A stretch of 64,000 bases of DNA. It comes from Octopus sinensis. Taxonomy: Eukaryota. The notes below the pieces were generated by a model. That model saw nothing but the letters and a program-made list of their open reading frames with translations. It had not been told where the DNA came from and ran no database searches. Positions 50,840 through 64,000 of this stretch are shown here, piece by piece. The stretch's first letter is position 1. Each line of letters opens with the position of its first letter. Location: NCBI RefSeq assembly GCF_006345805.1, contig NC_042998.1, positions 142,600,001 to 142,664,000 of the forward strand, written 5' to 3'. The position numbers and the translations under genes are program-made.

Positions 50840-51698
50840 TAGATCATATGATGCCTGAGTGCAAACAGCCATGCTATACAGCAGTGAAACATGGGCTGTA
50901 ACCACTGAGGACATGTATAGGCTTGAAAGAAATGAAGCTAGTATGTTTCACTGGATGTGCAATGTCAGCGTGCATGTATGACAGAGAAAAGTTGGGCATA
51001 AGAGGCATCAAATATAGTGTACAAGAGAGATGACTGCACTGGTATGGTCGTGTTGCATATGGACGAGAACAGCTGTGTAAAGACGTGCCAGTCTTTAACC
51101 CTTTCAGTACTGTATTTATTTTGAGATGCTCTGTGTTTCTCTCAATTATTTTAAATATAACAAAGAATTTAGTAAAATAACTCAGTTATCATTAAGCTAG
51201 TGTTAGGAACATTAATCATGACTAAGCTTTGGTGGAAGATTTTAATTCAAAACTTATGAAAATAAGACATTTGTACTACAGAGCCAGAGCCGGTTTCAGC
51301 CGGGTTGGTAACAAAAGGGTTAACTGTGGAGGGAACCTGTGGAAGAGGTAAACCCAGGAAGATATGGGACAAGGTTGTGAAGCATGATCTTTGAATGTTA
51401 GGCCTCATGGAAGTGATGACAAGTGACTGAGACCTTTGATGATATGCTGTGCAAGAGAAGACTTGTTAAGCCAAGTGAGATCATAGTCATGGCCGATGCC
51501 AGTGTCACATAACTGATACCCATGCCAGTGCCATGTAAAAAGAACCCATTACACTCTTGGAATAGGAAGGGCATCAGCTGTAGAAACCATGCCAAATCAG
51601 ACTGAAACTAGGTGCAGCTTTCCAGCTTACCAGATTCAGTCAATCTATCTAACCCATGCTAGCATGGAAAGCAGATACCAAATGATGACGATGATGAT
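50840..51698 (+). mobile_element. RTE LINE 3' remnant with tail ending in (ATG)n
   Basis: AMLYSSETWAVT, LHWYGRV, EGTCGRGKPRKIWDKVV; tail AACCCATGCTAGCATGGAAA...AAATGATGACGATGATGAT. Confidence 0.75.
51099..51319. mobile_element. piggyBac-type MITE
   Basis: TTAA|CCCTTT...AAAGGG|TTAA (TTAA at 51095-51098 and 51320-51323); interrupts the RTE frame. Confidence 0.8.
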
Positions 51699-54600
51699 TG
51701 TGTTGTGGCAGTTGTATTGAAATGATAGCAATTACTTCATGAGTATGTTGAGATATTAATATTATTTTAATATATATATTAATGTTAAGATAAACATTTT
51801 GTTAATATGTAATATTGCTTATACATAATGTATGTCGCAACACACATAATCCATAAATTATGTTGTGATATACATAGCAACAGTGTTATTCTGTGTACAT
51901 AAGAAAGTCATTGAATTGTTCCTACCAGAAGTGTGCATAACTAGGAACAAACATTGAGAAAGAGACAGGAACACTATGTCAGGTGAGAGAGATTCTGAAT
52001 CTTACTCAGTCTCAAATTGAGTAACTCTATGTTCAGAAGTATTCCAACTATGGCAATCCCTTCTTTTTCTTATATACGGAGAACTCAGAAACAAAGTATC
52101 TAATGTGTCTTTTCTTTTTTAGAACAGTATGGTGTGATTAGAGAGAGATGTGACTGCTATTTGCTGGAGGTCAAGCAATCATGTTGAAGCTCCCTCATGT
52201 ACATATGTATTTGCCAAAATCATCAAATAATTATAAGTATTTAAATTCTGGAAGAAGGATGCAGTGTTCTGATAAATTACCAAACTGAATATATTGCAGT
52301 ATTCTGTCATAGTCACCTCTGTCTTTGATTCTTCATGTTTCAAATACCTGCATTATTCTGGGTTGATTTATTCAGTTGTATTTCTCCCCAATAAATATTT
52401 GGGTTTGTGCAGTTCTTAAGAAATCATCAGTTGTCAATTCACTTATAACAAAATGAAAAATCATTAGTGTTAATGACAATTTTTGTTATAAAGGAAAAGG
52501 AAAGTAACACTGAAATGAATATTGATTTTAAATTATGTTGAAATACAATGGGGAGTGAATTTGATGTTTGGTGATAACTCTAGATGTTAGAATGACTGAG
52601 AAGTCATTAGTCATGGGCAAACTGCAGTCTGTGGGATTAATATTATCTAACCTCTTGGCACACTAACTGGCAGAATCATTAAAGCTATGAACAGAACAGT
52701 TATGGTATTTGGTCTGACTCGGTGTGTTCTGAGTTCATATCTCACTGAGGTCAGTTTTATCTATCCTTTCTCTCTTTCCTGCCGGGGTAACCATGCATCT
52801 TGTCAACAAATTGAAATATTTCTTTTGTAGCAGAAACAAAAGAAACTTGTAAGGATTGTGCTGCTGTCTTGTGAGAATCTCTGATACTACCTGTTCTGTG
52901 CCTCACTTTAACTCTCAACACTGGTTCAAAGTCACCTTCCTCAACACCCCACCACCACTCTGTCAAGGGGTTTTGTCTTGCAAGTTACTTGGTGACCCCA
53001 CCATCCCTGGTGTCATGATAGTGCACCCAGTACAGTCTGTAAAGTGGTTGGTATTAGGAAGAGCATTTATCTGTAGAAACTAATTTAAAGCAGGTAGTTA
53101 CTGGAGCTCAACACAGTCCTTTGGCTCACCAGATCCTGTCAAATTGTCCAACCCATGCCAGCATGGAATATAGATGTTAAATGATGATGATGATAGTACC
53201 AGTCCAGAGCACTGGATGGCAGGAAGTGCTAGAGGGGTCGGGCAAGATGCTTTGCTGTATTTGTTGTGACTCTTTGCATTGTCAAGTCAAATCTAACTGA
53301 AGTCATTTATTTAAAGAAAAAAAGACATAACAATCCAGGGTAAAGGATAGCTGCAATTGTTAGACGGGTCATGCATGTTACCTTATATTATTTGTTTCCA
53401 CTCTCTGCATTCTGATGGCAACAACTGTGACAACACAGATACCAGACTTATCAATCAAAGTTGATAACCTTTCCCCATTGGATAAACATCAGTGACATGG
53501 AAAAGGGAAACTTCCATACATGGATAACTGCTAGTTTTCTTCAAAAATATTTAGCTCAGGTAGATACATAATCAACATTGACGGACAAAGGTCTGTCAGA
53601 TCTAATCTTTCCTGGAACTAATGGCCATTAGTTTTACTTCTACCAGGTACTTAAGCCCGGCAACGGGCCTGCTCTCAATTATCAATATCTATCTTTATAC
53701 CTTATTGTCTTGAGGGAAACAGGTATGGTTGTGCATATCACCATCACATCTTGCCCTTGGCTGCCCTTAGTGAAGTTCACTCAGTTGCAAGCATTCTGGC
53801 CAGGTCTTTAATCTGAGGATAATTTTCTTCTATCTTTCTCAGAGACCCGAACGAGAGTCATGGGAGTAGTTGTTCCTGCTTTGAGGCATAATAAATAATG
53901 AAAGAAAATAAAGTTACTGTTATTGTCATTATGTCAAATAAAGAAACTACTAAAATTACCATCAACCATCACTACCACCACAGTTGCACCCCACCGAAAC
54001 CATCACAACCACATCCACCTCTGCCATTACCACCACATCTACAACTGCTGCTACTAACTTTCTCACCCCTATTTGTCCTGATTAATCCTAACTCAGCCCA
54101 GATCAAGGTCACAACTATAAGTATTCTAGCCATGACCATACCAGTTTATTATCTAAACAAAGTGTAAATAAAACCACATTACCCAATATCTCCATTTTTA
54201 AGGCAGTACAGTGACATTTACAAGTGATTTGGTTACTATTTCTCACAAGTAAATAGAAGCCTCACATGTTGATGGAACTGAGAATATAACAGTATCAGAC
54301 TAAATACCTAACATTATTTGATGTCAGCTCTCATTGTTTTGAGCTCACATCTGACTTAGATGTGACTTTGCATTTTCTTCCTTCTGAAGTTGGTAAAATG
54401 AAGCACCAATAAGTAAAATTGATTAAGTCAACTATATGTCCTCCAAAATGTGTGACCTTGTACTTATAAGGAAGTAATGGAAATATTAAATCAGTTGTTA
54501 GTAGTCGATCTCTGTTTAATTACCAGTCATAGATGTTTCAATTTATGATGTTATTCTTAAGAAAACATTCACAGATTAGGAAAGAATGAGATTAGTAGGA

Positions 54601-54949
54601 AGATGAAGGAAGTTGAAATACTCCTTTTGTAGCAGAAACAAAAGAAACTTGTGAGAATTGTGCTGCTGTTTTGTGAGAGTCTCTGATACTGCTTTTCAAC
54701 CATATTAATACCAAGTCAATACAGGTTTTCAAGTGTACAGAAGGTTCCTGTATTTTTCACATCTGAAAATAAAATTTTCACTTGTTACAAATATTCAGTT
54801 TGCTTAGTAAACATGGTAGTTTCATTTCAATACCTTTATCTGTTAATGGTTTATTAGAAAGTAACCAGAACAGCTCACCATCATAGCGTGAGCCCTAATA
54901 TGAGCAGAGTGAAAACATTAAGAGACTATTTATTGTGAAATCACTACTA

Positions 54950-55600
54950 AATGGAATACTGTTTCAACTGTTTGTATTCCCTCGAGCTGACTTTAAGGAC
55001 CACTTTCTTCATGGTGCACCATCAGGTTCTGTTGGTTGTTACATCCCTCAGAATAGATGACAGAAGAAAAATTTCTCAGTAATAAAGTATTCTGTGGCAC
55101 ATGTTGTGTACCTGAAAAAAATTATCAATACTCAAAAAGTATAGGAGTCGCATCAGAATAGAGATGATTGATCACGCTCAAGGAAATAGAGTAGCATTGC
55201 TGTAGCTTCCCCTTACATTGTTCATACAAGATACAGCTCATTCAGGAGACTATTTTGGAGCCTTTCAGAAAGCAGTATCACTCTGTTACTGACTAATGAA
55301 TGAAAGAAAAAAAGGGGGAAATTATGACAATATATGACATTCTTGGGTTAGTAGGGAAGGCATTTTATCAAACCATCACTACTACTAACATCTACCAGTC
55401 AGATTTCAAGGTAACAAGTATTTATCCTTTAGGGAAGAACAACTTTACCAATCATGAATTCCTTCCTTCTGATGTGACAGATCATTCTTTAAACATTAAC
55501 AAAGATTCCACTGCAATTGAATGTACAGCAACCTATTCTGCAGCTCTTGTTTCATTGGCCCCAAATGCTGCAGCTTGAAGCCAACAAGGGCTATTTGGTT
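54950..55600 (+). mobile_element. Degenerate pogo-like DDE_1 transposase remnant
   Basis: FPxHCSYKIQ-like segment, then MTIYDILGLVGKAF...SIYPL...EFLPSDVTD. Confidence 0.55.
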
Positions 55601-58010
55601 CAGGTCCCTTAATGCCTAAGGAAAAGAAAAGTTAAAAGAAAACCTGAGAGAGCAAGAGTCCTCACTGACATTTCTGGGTAATTAAAAATTATACAACAGG
55701 TCAACATGAGGAAGAACAAATCATCGAAGGTGATTCAACTACCCCCACAAAAAAAAAAATTATAAGGCAATTGGTTGAAGGTCTCTTACACAGGTGACTT
55801 GATAGAAAGAACATTAGAAGTTTCCTTGGAACATCCTCTGATGAGGAACCATCAATTAGTGAGCAAGCCACAAACAAACAGGTATGTGGACACTATATTT
55901 CTTATGCATTTTGTAATAAATAAAAAGGTGCTCTATTGTATTAGACTAGTTAATGAAATAAATGAAGGTAATGAGACTACCAATAAAATTATGAAACAAA
56001 TTCCAAGCAAAGACTTTGTATATCCAATATTCACAATGCTAGACGATGCTGAAATATGCACATATAAACTTGAGGATATCATATTCATTCTACCTGCTCC
56101 GTGCAACAACAGAAAGATGTGTTGTTAGTAGAAATTTGTGTTTCTTGTTGATCTGTTGGCTGATAGCACAGATTAAATACAAGGGTATATTGTGGACTAA
56201 TAAAATTTATTGAGAGGTGACAAACCAAAGTGACCATCATGCCTAATTGAAGTTATCTGAAAGAATGTATCATTGGAATTGAAAACTGAAATGACACCAA
56301 TATGATTCTTAAATTGTCTTATAATTACTGCTGTTTTCTATCATGCCCCATAGCAGTGGCATAACTAAAGTATGTGCTGAGCCAGTGCAGGCTTATGCAG
56401 CAGACCTAAAAGTGCTTCCCCCATAAAAGCGCCTCATTCTAGGTACTTCCCCCTAGCTTGTTACAACTTACACAATTGTGAGGCGAGTTGGAACGCTTAG
56501 ATTTAAGCCATAAAATTGTTTTTTCATAATTTCTCAAAACCGTGGCTAAGTGTTTTGCTGATTTTATTGTACACATACATAGAGTTAAAAAGGATGAAGT
56601 AGTAGATTTATTGAGGTGTCGACCTCACCTCGACCTTGTTTCCTCATAACTTTCTTATAATACATATTTATCAATGAAATTTTGTAGAGATGCGTTTTCG
56701 GACATGTAGATAACGATTATATTCTTCCGCTTTTTTCTTTTTTTTTTACCGTTCTTGTACTCGTTCCAGTCATTAATAAAATCGTTATCTACACTGCCGA
56801 AAACGCATATCTGCAAAATTTCATCAAAAGACATAACCATTATTAAGAAAGTTAGAAAAAACGATTTCAGGGTGAGGGACACCAAACTGTAGTTATACCT
56901 ATATAACCTAATATAAATAAGCAGTTTGGTGAAATGTGTCCCAAATTAACCCACCCTTTCCTCACAATTATCCTTCTATCAATGATCTTGGGCACATCTT
57001 TATATATCAGAGCGAGAAGAAAATTCTTGGTAAGACACATCCATAACAGAATGCTTTTGAGAAAGTATGTACACCACAACTTCTTATTTTATTGCATTAT
57101 TAAAATATCGGGACTGCTAACCAAGTCTAAAAAAAATTGATATTTACAGTATGACCGTTATTGAACAAGCAGTACAGAACTTGACGACTACAGGCTACGA
57201 TGTAATCACATATTTCCCTTCTAAAATTTAAGATTTTGCCTCCACAATACTTAAACTATAAACTTATTCATTTAAAGCTAGCAATAATTACTAGCTGATC
57301 AATATTTTTATCTCCGATTTATAAATTTTCTTTAAAATATCATTCCATCCCGAAACATTACTTTTCTGTTACTCCGCATTCTTACATCAAATTGCAATCA
57401 TAGCACAAAATACTGCAATATGCAGCAAATTTACTCCTCGAGTCACTTAAACATATTTGTTTTGGAAATATAAAAACAAACACGCACAGCTGTATAGAAA
57501 TCATCGAGAGTTATCTCCTCTTGGTAATTATTCTATTTCTTCGTTTGTGGATTAATTACATCGGCACGTTTCATCAATTAAGATTTATAGATGATGGGGG
57601 AATGTAAAACTGATGTTCATGCCTTTTTTAATTATTCAATTGCAACATAAAGGATACGGATCGAAATAAAAACACCCGAGATTCGAACTTACAACTGACC
57701 TCAAATTTATTAAGCGCCAACTCGATCATAATTGTAAAATAGTTTTATCTCACCTATTTTTGCTATTATATATATATATATATATATATGAAAACGTAGA
57801 TTATATATACATACACACACACACAAATATGTATATTTTATACATGTATGTATGTGTAAGTATATTTTATATATACATGTGTGTGTGTGTGTGTTGGGGA
57901 GGGGGTGAATGCAAACGAATAAGATACCATCCCTTCATGAGGCCAATACAACCTATTTGAATACATACATTACCGAAATATTTGCGCCAAGCAAGATAAT
58001 TTACATACAT

Positions 58011-58060
<50 letters not shown>

Positions 58061-58130
58061 ATGTATGTGTGTATACATACACATATATAAAATATGCATA
58101 CATATATATATATATAAACATATATACATA

Positions 58131-58183
<53 letters not shown>

Positions 58184-59076
58184 ATATACCTATATATATG
58201 TACATAATATACATACTAGGCTTACAACAATAAGTCCTGGGGTCGATTTGTTCGACTAAAGGCAGTGCTCCAGCATGGCCGCAGTCAAAAGATTGAAACA
58301 AACAGTACACACACGCATATGTATGTATAAGCTACGTATCTCTTGCTTTGAGTGTACCTCAAATTTATCAAGATCGTCTGGAGAAACATCGTAAGCGAAC
58401 TATAAGATATACTGAAATATCCTTCCCTGCCAACCCTTTTATTTACTGAATTTACTGATTATACCTAACTACATTGACATATTGAAAAGAATTTTGCTTT
58501 AACGTGCTAGAACTATAAGGTACTTTCTGGTTTGGGATATCGCATCAATTCTGTTCCTTAGTCCCCGTCAGCATTACCGCTCCTCCGCCTCTAATTTCTC
58601 CTCATCTCTCGCATACGTTATCAGCCAACTTTTGTGGATGACGGGATATTACCGTTACTTTTTGGGCGCTAAATTGTTCAACTGTATGCCTCCTCTGTCC
58701 AATGCAACCAATAGTTGACTGATTGAATGAGCGATTAAGGCTTAAAGTCCCGGTCAATTCAAACATGATTAATAAATTTGACTCCACGCATTATATAGAC
58801 TACCATCATGAATGAATGTTTTCTTGCTACCTACAGTTTAACATCACCTAAAATTGTGTTTGTGTGTGTGTGTGTGTGTATAACGTACATATGTATGAGC
58901 ATGCACGCACTCGCCTTTATGTGATAACGCGCGCGCATTTATTCGCGCGTATACAATTACACAAACAACAAAACTCCGACACCAACTGTTTGAACAATAT
59001 TTCAACAAAGAACATATGTTATATTTTTGATTTAGTGTATTTTGACTGCAGACGTATATATTTAAACCTATGCATC

Positions 59077-59107
<31 letters not shown>

Positions 59108-59276
59108 CTGTGTGTGTGTGTGTGTCTGTGTCTGTGTGCGTGTCTGTGTGTGCGTGCATGTGTGTGTGTGTAATATATGTCTATATATACACATATATAT
59201 ACGCACATACATATGTTTGTATATACATACACTCATATATATATATACATATAAATATACACACATATGTATATAA

Positions 59277-59307
<31 letters not shown>

Positions 59308-59493
59308 AAGAGAGAAATACGGGTATACCAAATACCGTACAATATAAATTCTTGATTTTTAAAATTCTTCTCCATCTCCAGAGGATGTGTCCAGCGTATT
59401 GTGAGATGGGCAGATAAGATAACAGTATCAGATCCGTGTTTCTGCCTTTCAATAAGCCTAATTAGCATAACAATTGTCCAACTTTATCTCCAG

Positions 59494-59544
59494 TAGACAA
59501 GGAAGGGACTTATAGAAAAGGTGTAGAACGCTTCTGTGGCCCAG
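59494..59544 (+). CDS. Candidate 51-nt symmetric (phase 1-1) internal exon, gene unknown
   Basis: Acceptor ACTTTATCTCCAG, donor CAG|GTAAGT; open frame DKEGTYRKGVERFCGP. Confidence 0.3.
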
Positions 59545-60214
59545 GTAAGTTGGATAATTTAAACAAATGAAATAAGATAAAGAACTCAGAGGGGCCTGTG
59601 ACATGTTTTTTAACAACATAGGCAAATATAGTTATACGAAAAACCGTCATAACGCAAGTAAGTTTGGAAGTATTCTTTTGCACAGTAAGTAATAATAGGA
59701 AATATGGCATACGTACAATAATTATAATCTAACTTTTATCAATTTTGTTTTGTGCTTATACAAAATGATGAAATGAATACTAATTTTAAAACGAAAAATA
59801 TTATTAGTAAAATAAAATAAAAACAAAATTTTCATTTGTACATTTGCAATAAATATGTTATTTTTCTAAATTGTGCCATCATGAACGCAATCTACTCCAT
59901 CAAAAACCTATCGTTGCAAAATTTTCTTTTAAAAAATGTTTTATTTTGAGAAAGTTACAAGACGCCCATTCTGCATCTCATATGTTAAACCCCTCTGTAT
60001 CTCTTTTACTTTCTCTACCCCTCTCTCTATACGGTGAATGGAGGAATCTACCAATCACCGAAACAACCAACAAACATTTATATCGGCTATTATTAAATAG
60101 ACATTAATAACGCATCTATTCATTCTTAATACTTTGTGACAGGATGTTTGATCACTAGTTTTTCTTCAATAGAGGACACCTCGCTGAGTCGCGTATTATG
60201 AACACATCATCTAT

Positions 60215-60361
60215 CATTCTTACAACGCTGTGGAAGATTCGAACGTAAATGTCTGATCGCTGTTCTTTTCCGACGCCAGACAATGCGTCGACTCGTTGTC
60301 CGGTGTCGAAAAAGAACAGCGATCAGACATTCACTTTCGAATCTGCCACAACGTAAGAATG
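60215..60361. repeat. Imperfect hairpin, about 68-bp arms
   Basis: ...AATGTCTGATCGCTGTTCTTTT.CGAC.CC.GACAA mirrored; the right arm extension AATAGATGCGT also matches about 60108-60128. Confidence 0.8.
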
Positions 60362-61337
60362 AATAGATGCGTAATTGTCTGTATTCTCACTGATCCGCAT
60401 TCACCCCATGAATTATTAAAAAGAGATTTTTGTATACTCAACATATTTGCTACATTATTTTCATTTAAAAAATTACTTATGCAACATTTCTTCTTCTTTC
60501 GTTGCCTTTGTAGCAAATGATATATTATTGTGAGGCTAACTTGCTTTTCATCCTGTCGGGCCCGTTAAAATAAGCCGCCTTGTACTTATATCAGAAACTA
60601 CTGAAGGCGAGAATTGGCAGAATAGTCAGAGCGTCGGGAAAATGCCTTGCGGTATTTCTTACGACTCTTCGCCAGAGTCAGTTTCCTTTCACTCTCCCGG
60701 AGTGAACACCATCCAGCCCAGTCAAGTTCTGGGTTCGATGGCATTGACTGTTCCCCTTCCCTCAAAATTATAGGTCTTGTGTTCAAAATAAGAAACCGTT
60801 ATTTATTTTTCTAGGATGGTAGATTCGTTAGCCCATCGCGTTTTGTTTCGTCTCTTCACGTCCTGCCAAAGTCAACTTGCTTTTAATCTATTTAAAGTCG
60901 ATATACTCAAGTATTCGTCTCCTTCAAATTGCAGGTATTGTGCACAGAATAGTTTGAGCGCCAAAGGATTGTCAAACATTCTGAGGAACTAGCTCATAAA
61001 CATGCTGGTTATGTATGCTCAGCCAACGTACTGGCCGGTTTCAGCGAACACATCGACATTTGCGCCACCAACCCGGCTTCAGAATTATATAATTGTATTA
61101 TATTCAAACTTTCATGTTGGCAACATCAAAATGATGTGTAATATATAAATCATTCCGTTATATTCAAGCTTTTTGTGTGTTTTCATGTTAGCAACTTCAG
61201 AATCATATGTAAAATACAAACTACAGCGTATTAATTCTACTTTATGTCATTCACTTTAAAATAACGTGGCTTTTAAAAAATTCCTTGACTCACTCAGCTT
61301 TTCTTTTTGTTTTTCTCTTTTTCTTTTCGTTGGAGAA

Positions 61338-61400
<63 letters not shown>

Positions 61401-61765
61401 ATAGACAGACTGATTGAGAAACAGTATACTGTACTCACTTTTCCGGTGATGATGCTGATATTATGAAATATATGTCAAAACAATGTCTAAAATGGTTTGT
61501 TTTCATAGAACATATTCTTTTATGCTGTTTTAGAAAATGCCTAATCTTTATAAAAATAAAATTCACTATATGCTCACGGAATATCACGAAAACAGTACAT
61601 TGTGGCGATAAAATATTTCGACTTGTGTACTCTTAAAAGCCTATTTTGCCTAAAAGGATTTCTAATAAATTTCTGGGACCAGGGATCCTCAAAAGAAATT
61701 AATTTCGTTCCTTACTATCAAAAGAACTGTTCTCTATTAATGTAAGTCATCAAAATAAACAAGTA

Positions 61766-61813
<48 letters not shown>

Positions 61814-63320
61814 TTACCAAAGAAATATATATGAAATTTGGATTAGAAAAATGCGCCAAAGCAACCCTGAGAAGAGGAAAACTAGTTAAGAGTAGCAACA
61901 TCACACTAGATAAAGCCAATGTAATAAGAGAATTAGACCAAAGCCAGACATAAATATTTAGGAATCCATGAACTAGATATGATACAACACACACAAATGA
62001 AAGAGAAAATAAAGAAAGAATACTATAGACGAGTTAGATCAATACTAAAAACAGAGCTCAATGCTAAAAACAAGATAATAGGTATTAACACTTTAGCCGT
62101 CCCAGTTATAAGTTACAGCTACAATATCCTTAACTGGACACTAAATGAACTAAACAAAATAGACAGGAAAACAAGAAAAATAATGACAGGATCTAGGATG
62201 CACCACCCAAAATCTGACATAGAAAGGCTAGATATACAACGTATAGAAGGTGGTAGAGGCATTATACAGCTGGAAAACTATTATAAAATAACCACCATAG
62301 GACTGCAAAAATACCTACTTCAGAAGAGCAAGGAAAACTGATACAAATAGCCACAAAACACGAGCAAAAAACAACTGTTTTCAGCATTTAAGGAAGCTGA
62401 CAAATACAAACAAGAAATCATACTACCTAACAAATATGAAGAAGAAGAAGAAGAAGAAGAAGAAGAAGAAGAAGAAGAAGAAGAAGAAGAAGAAGAAGAA
62501 GAAACAAAAGCTATAAAACAAATGAAATCCAAACTAAAACTAGAACATCAACAGACCATGATAAAACGATGGCAAGAAAAGCCCCTTCATGGCAAATACT
62601 GGACTAAACTAAATGCAAAAGAAATAGACAGAGAAAAATCCCAGCAATGGTTGAGAAGCTCAGGACTCAAAGCCGAGCCGGAGGGATTTTTAATAGCAGC
62701 ACAAAACCAAAGCCTCCCCACCAGAAATTACCAAAAATATATAATGAAAAGAAACATAGCAAGTAACTGCAGAATATGTGGAGATGGACAAGAAACAATA
62801 AACCATATTATCTCTGGCTACCCAGTCCTGGTTAAAAAGGAATATATTTAGAGACACGACAGAGTTGGGACCTACATACACTGGAAGCTATGCCAACACT
62901 ATGGAATAACAACAGAAAAAAGATGGTATGGCACACGCCAGAAAAGGTCACAGAAAATGTGAAAGCAACCATACACTGCATTATGCCAATACACACAGAT
63001 AGAGAAATTGAGGCCAATAGGCCAGATATAATTGTCAGAGATCATGAAGAAAAAAATGCTTTCTAATTGATGTATCAATACCAGCAGATGACAACGTTTC
63101 TCTAAAAGAAATGGAGAAACTTTCAAAATACAAAGACCTGGAAATAGAGGTAAATCAAATGTGGAATCTAAAAACAGAAACAATTCCTATCATAGTAGGC
63201 GCATTAGGTATGATAAAAAAAATATTCAGACAAATACATAACAAAATTACCAGGACTTACAAATATATATAACATACAGAAAATTGCACTACTGGGCACA
63301 GCACACATCCTACTCAAAGA
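61814..63320 (+). mobile_element. R4/Dong-clade non-LTR retrotransposon, 5'-truncated, restriction-like endonuclease
   Basis: MKFGLEKCA, HHPKSDIERL...GGRGII, LIAAQNQSLPTRNY, CRICG...ETINHIISG, RHDRV, NRPDIIV...LIDVSIP...KYKDL; preceded by (TAA)n at about 61765-61813. Confidence 0.9.
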
Positions 63321-63579
63321 CATGTACTTTACATAAAGATACTTTCGAAATACTTCCGAAGTGCAGATTCCAGGGTAGGTGAGTAAAATATAAATGAGTA
63401 ACAAAGATGTATGAGTATCAGTTTATTGTAATTACTCATGTAATTACTCATGGTAATTACTCATTTATATTTTATATAAATTTTACATAAATGATATATA
63501 AGATTCAGTTGAATTAGGCACTTAAATTGAGGTACCAAGCCAGTTCGCTATATTCCAAGCAGCTCGAAGTTAGGTGAAT

Positions 63580-63734
63580 AAAAAGCAAGTAAATAACAAG
63601 GATGTCCAGGTATCAGTGTATTACGGCCGTTTCAAGCGGCTCCATTTAATCCATTTTCATTGATCGATTAAGTGGAGCTGCTTGAAACGGTGTAATGCAC
63701 TGATACGTGAACTTCCTTGTTACTTATTTTCTTT

Positions 63735-63738
<4 letters not shown>
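63580..63738. repeat. Imperfect hairpin, about 70-bp arms, before (TA)n
   Basis: GGTATCAGTGTATTACGGCCGTTTCAAGCGGCTCCATTTAATC mirrored by GATTAAGTGGAGCTGCTTGAAACGGTGTAATGCACTGATAC. Confidence 0.8.
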
Positions 63739-63809
<71 letters not shown>

Positions 63810-63810
<1 letters not shown>

Positions 63811-64000
63811 AATAGTAAAAAGTGAAAAAACTACAGAAGGCTTGTTTTAAAAGGTTAAAAAATATATATTTGAGTCAATATGTCTGAAGGAGGTTATAAA
63901 TTTTTTTCATACAATGACATAGTATAGAAGAAATACAGGTTTCGCGTTCAGCTTTTCAAATTTCTTGAGAAATTTGAAAAGCTGAACGCGAAACCTGTAT
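63810..64000 (-). mobile_element. 3' tail of the 23.3-25.8 kb PLE family, folded back into a palindrome (continues past the window end)
   Basis: Homologous to 23280-23435; 63933-63965 is the reverse complement of 63968-64000; U3:A8 motif AGAAAT-TTGAAAA-GC/TGAAC/GC-GAAAC-CT-GTA. Confidence 0.85.

Overview
AT-rich, repeat-dense eukaryotic DNA. The SINE families, (TA)n/(CA)n load and transposon mix suggest an octopus (cephalopod) genome; this is inference. The only clear host gene is an intronless histone H1 (37825-38400, minus strand) with a recognisable promoter; gene-less copies of its upstream region sit at about 31.9 kb and 2.95 kb. The rest is transposon debris: RTE-like, L1/Tx1-like, R4/Dong-like and CR1-like LINE remnants, mariner/Tc1, Tigger/pogo, hAT, piggyBac and 8-bp-TSD MITEs, tRNA-derived SINEs, a probable solo LTR, and two long Penelope-like elements (PLEs). 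The most notable pattern is about a dozen inverted repeats, many abutting (TA)n tracts. Many of them, plus PLE tails, carry type I hammerhead-ribozyme (HHR) folds read by eye: canonical cores (23126, 29941), a compensatory U3:A8 core in three unrelated tail families (23397/63926, 27101, 30710), and U4C, G5A and extra-A variants. PLE-associated hammerheads are a known class; the variant cores and fold-back architecture are what merit checking. All calls are by eye; no searches or folding programs were run, and boundaries of degenerate elements are approximate.
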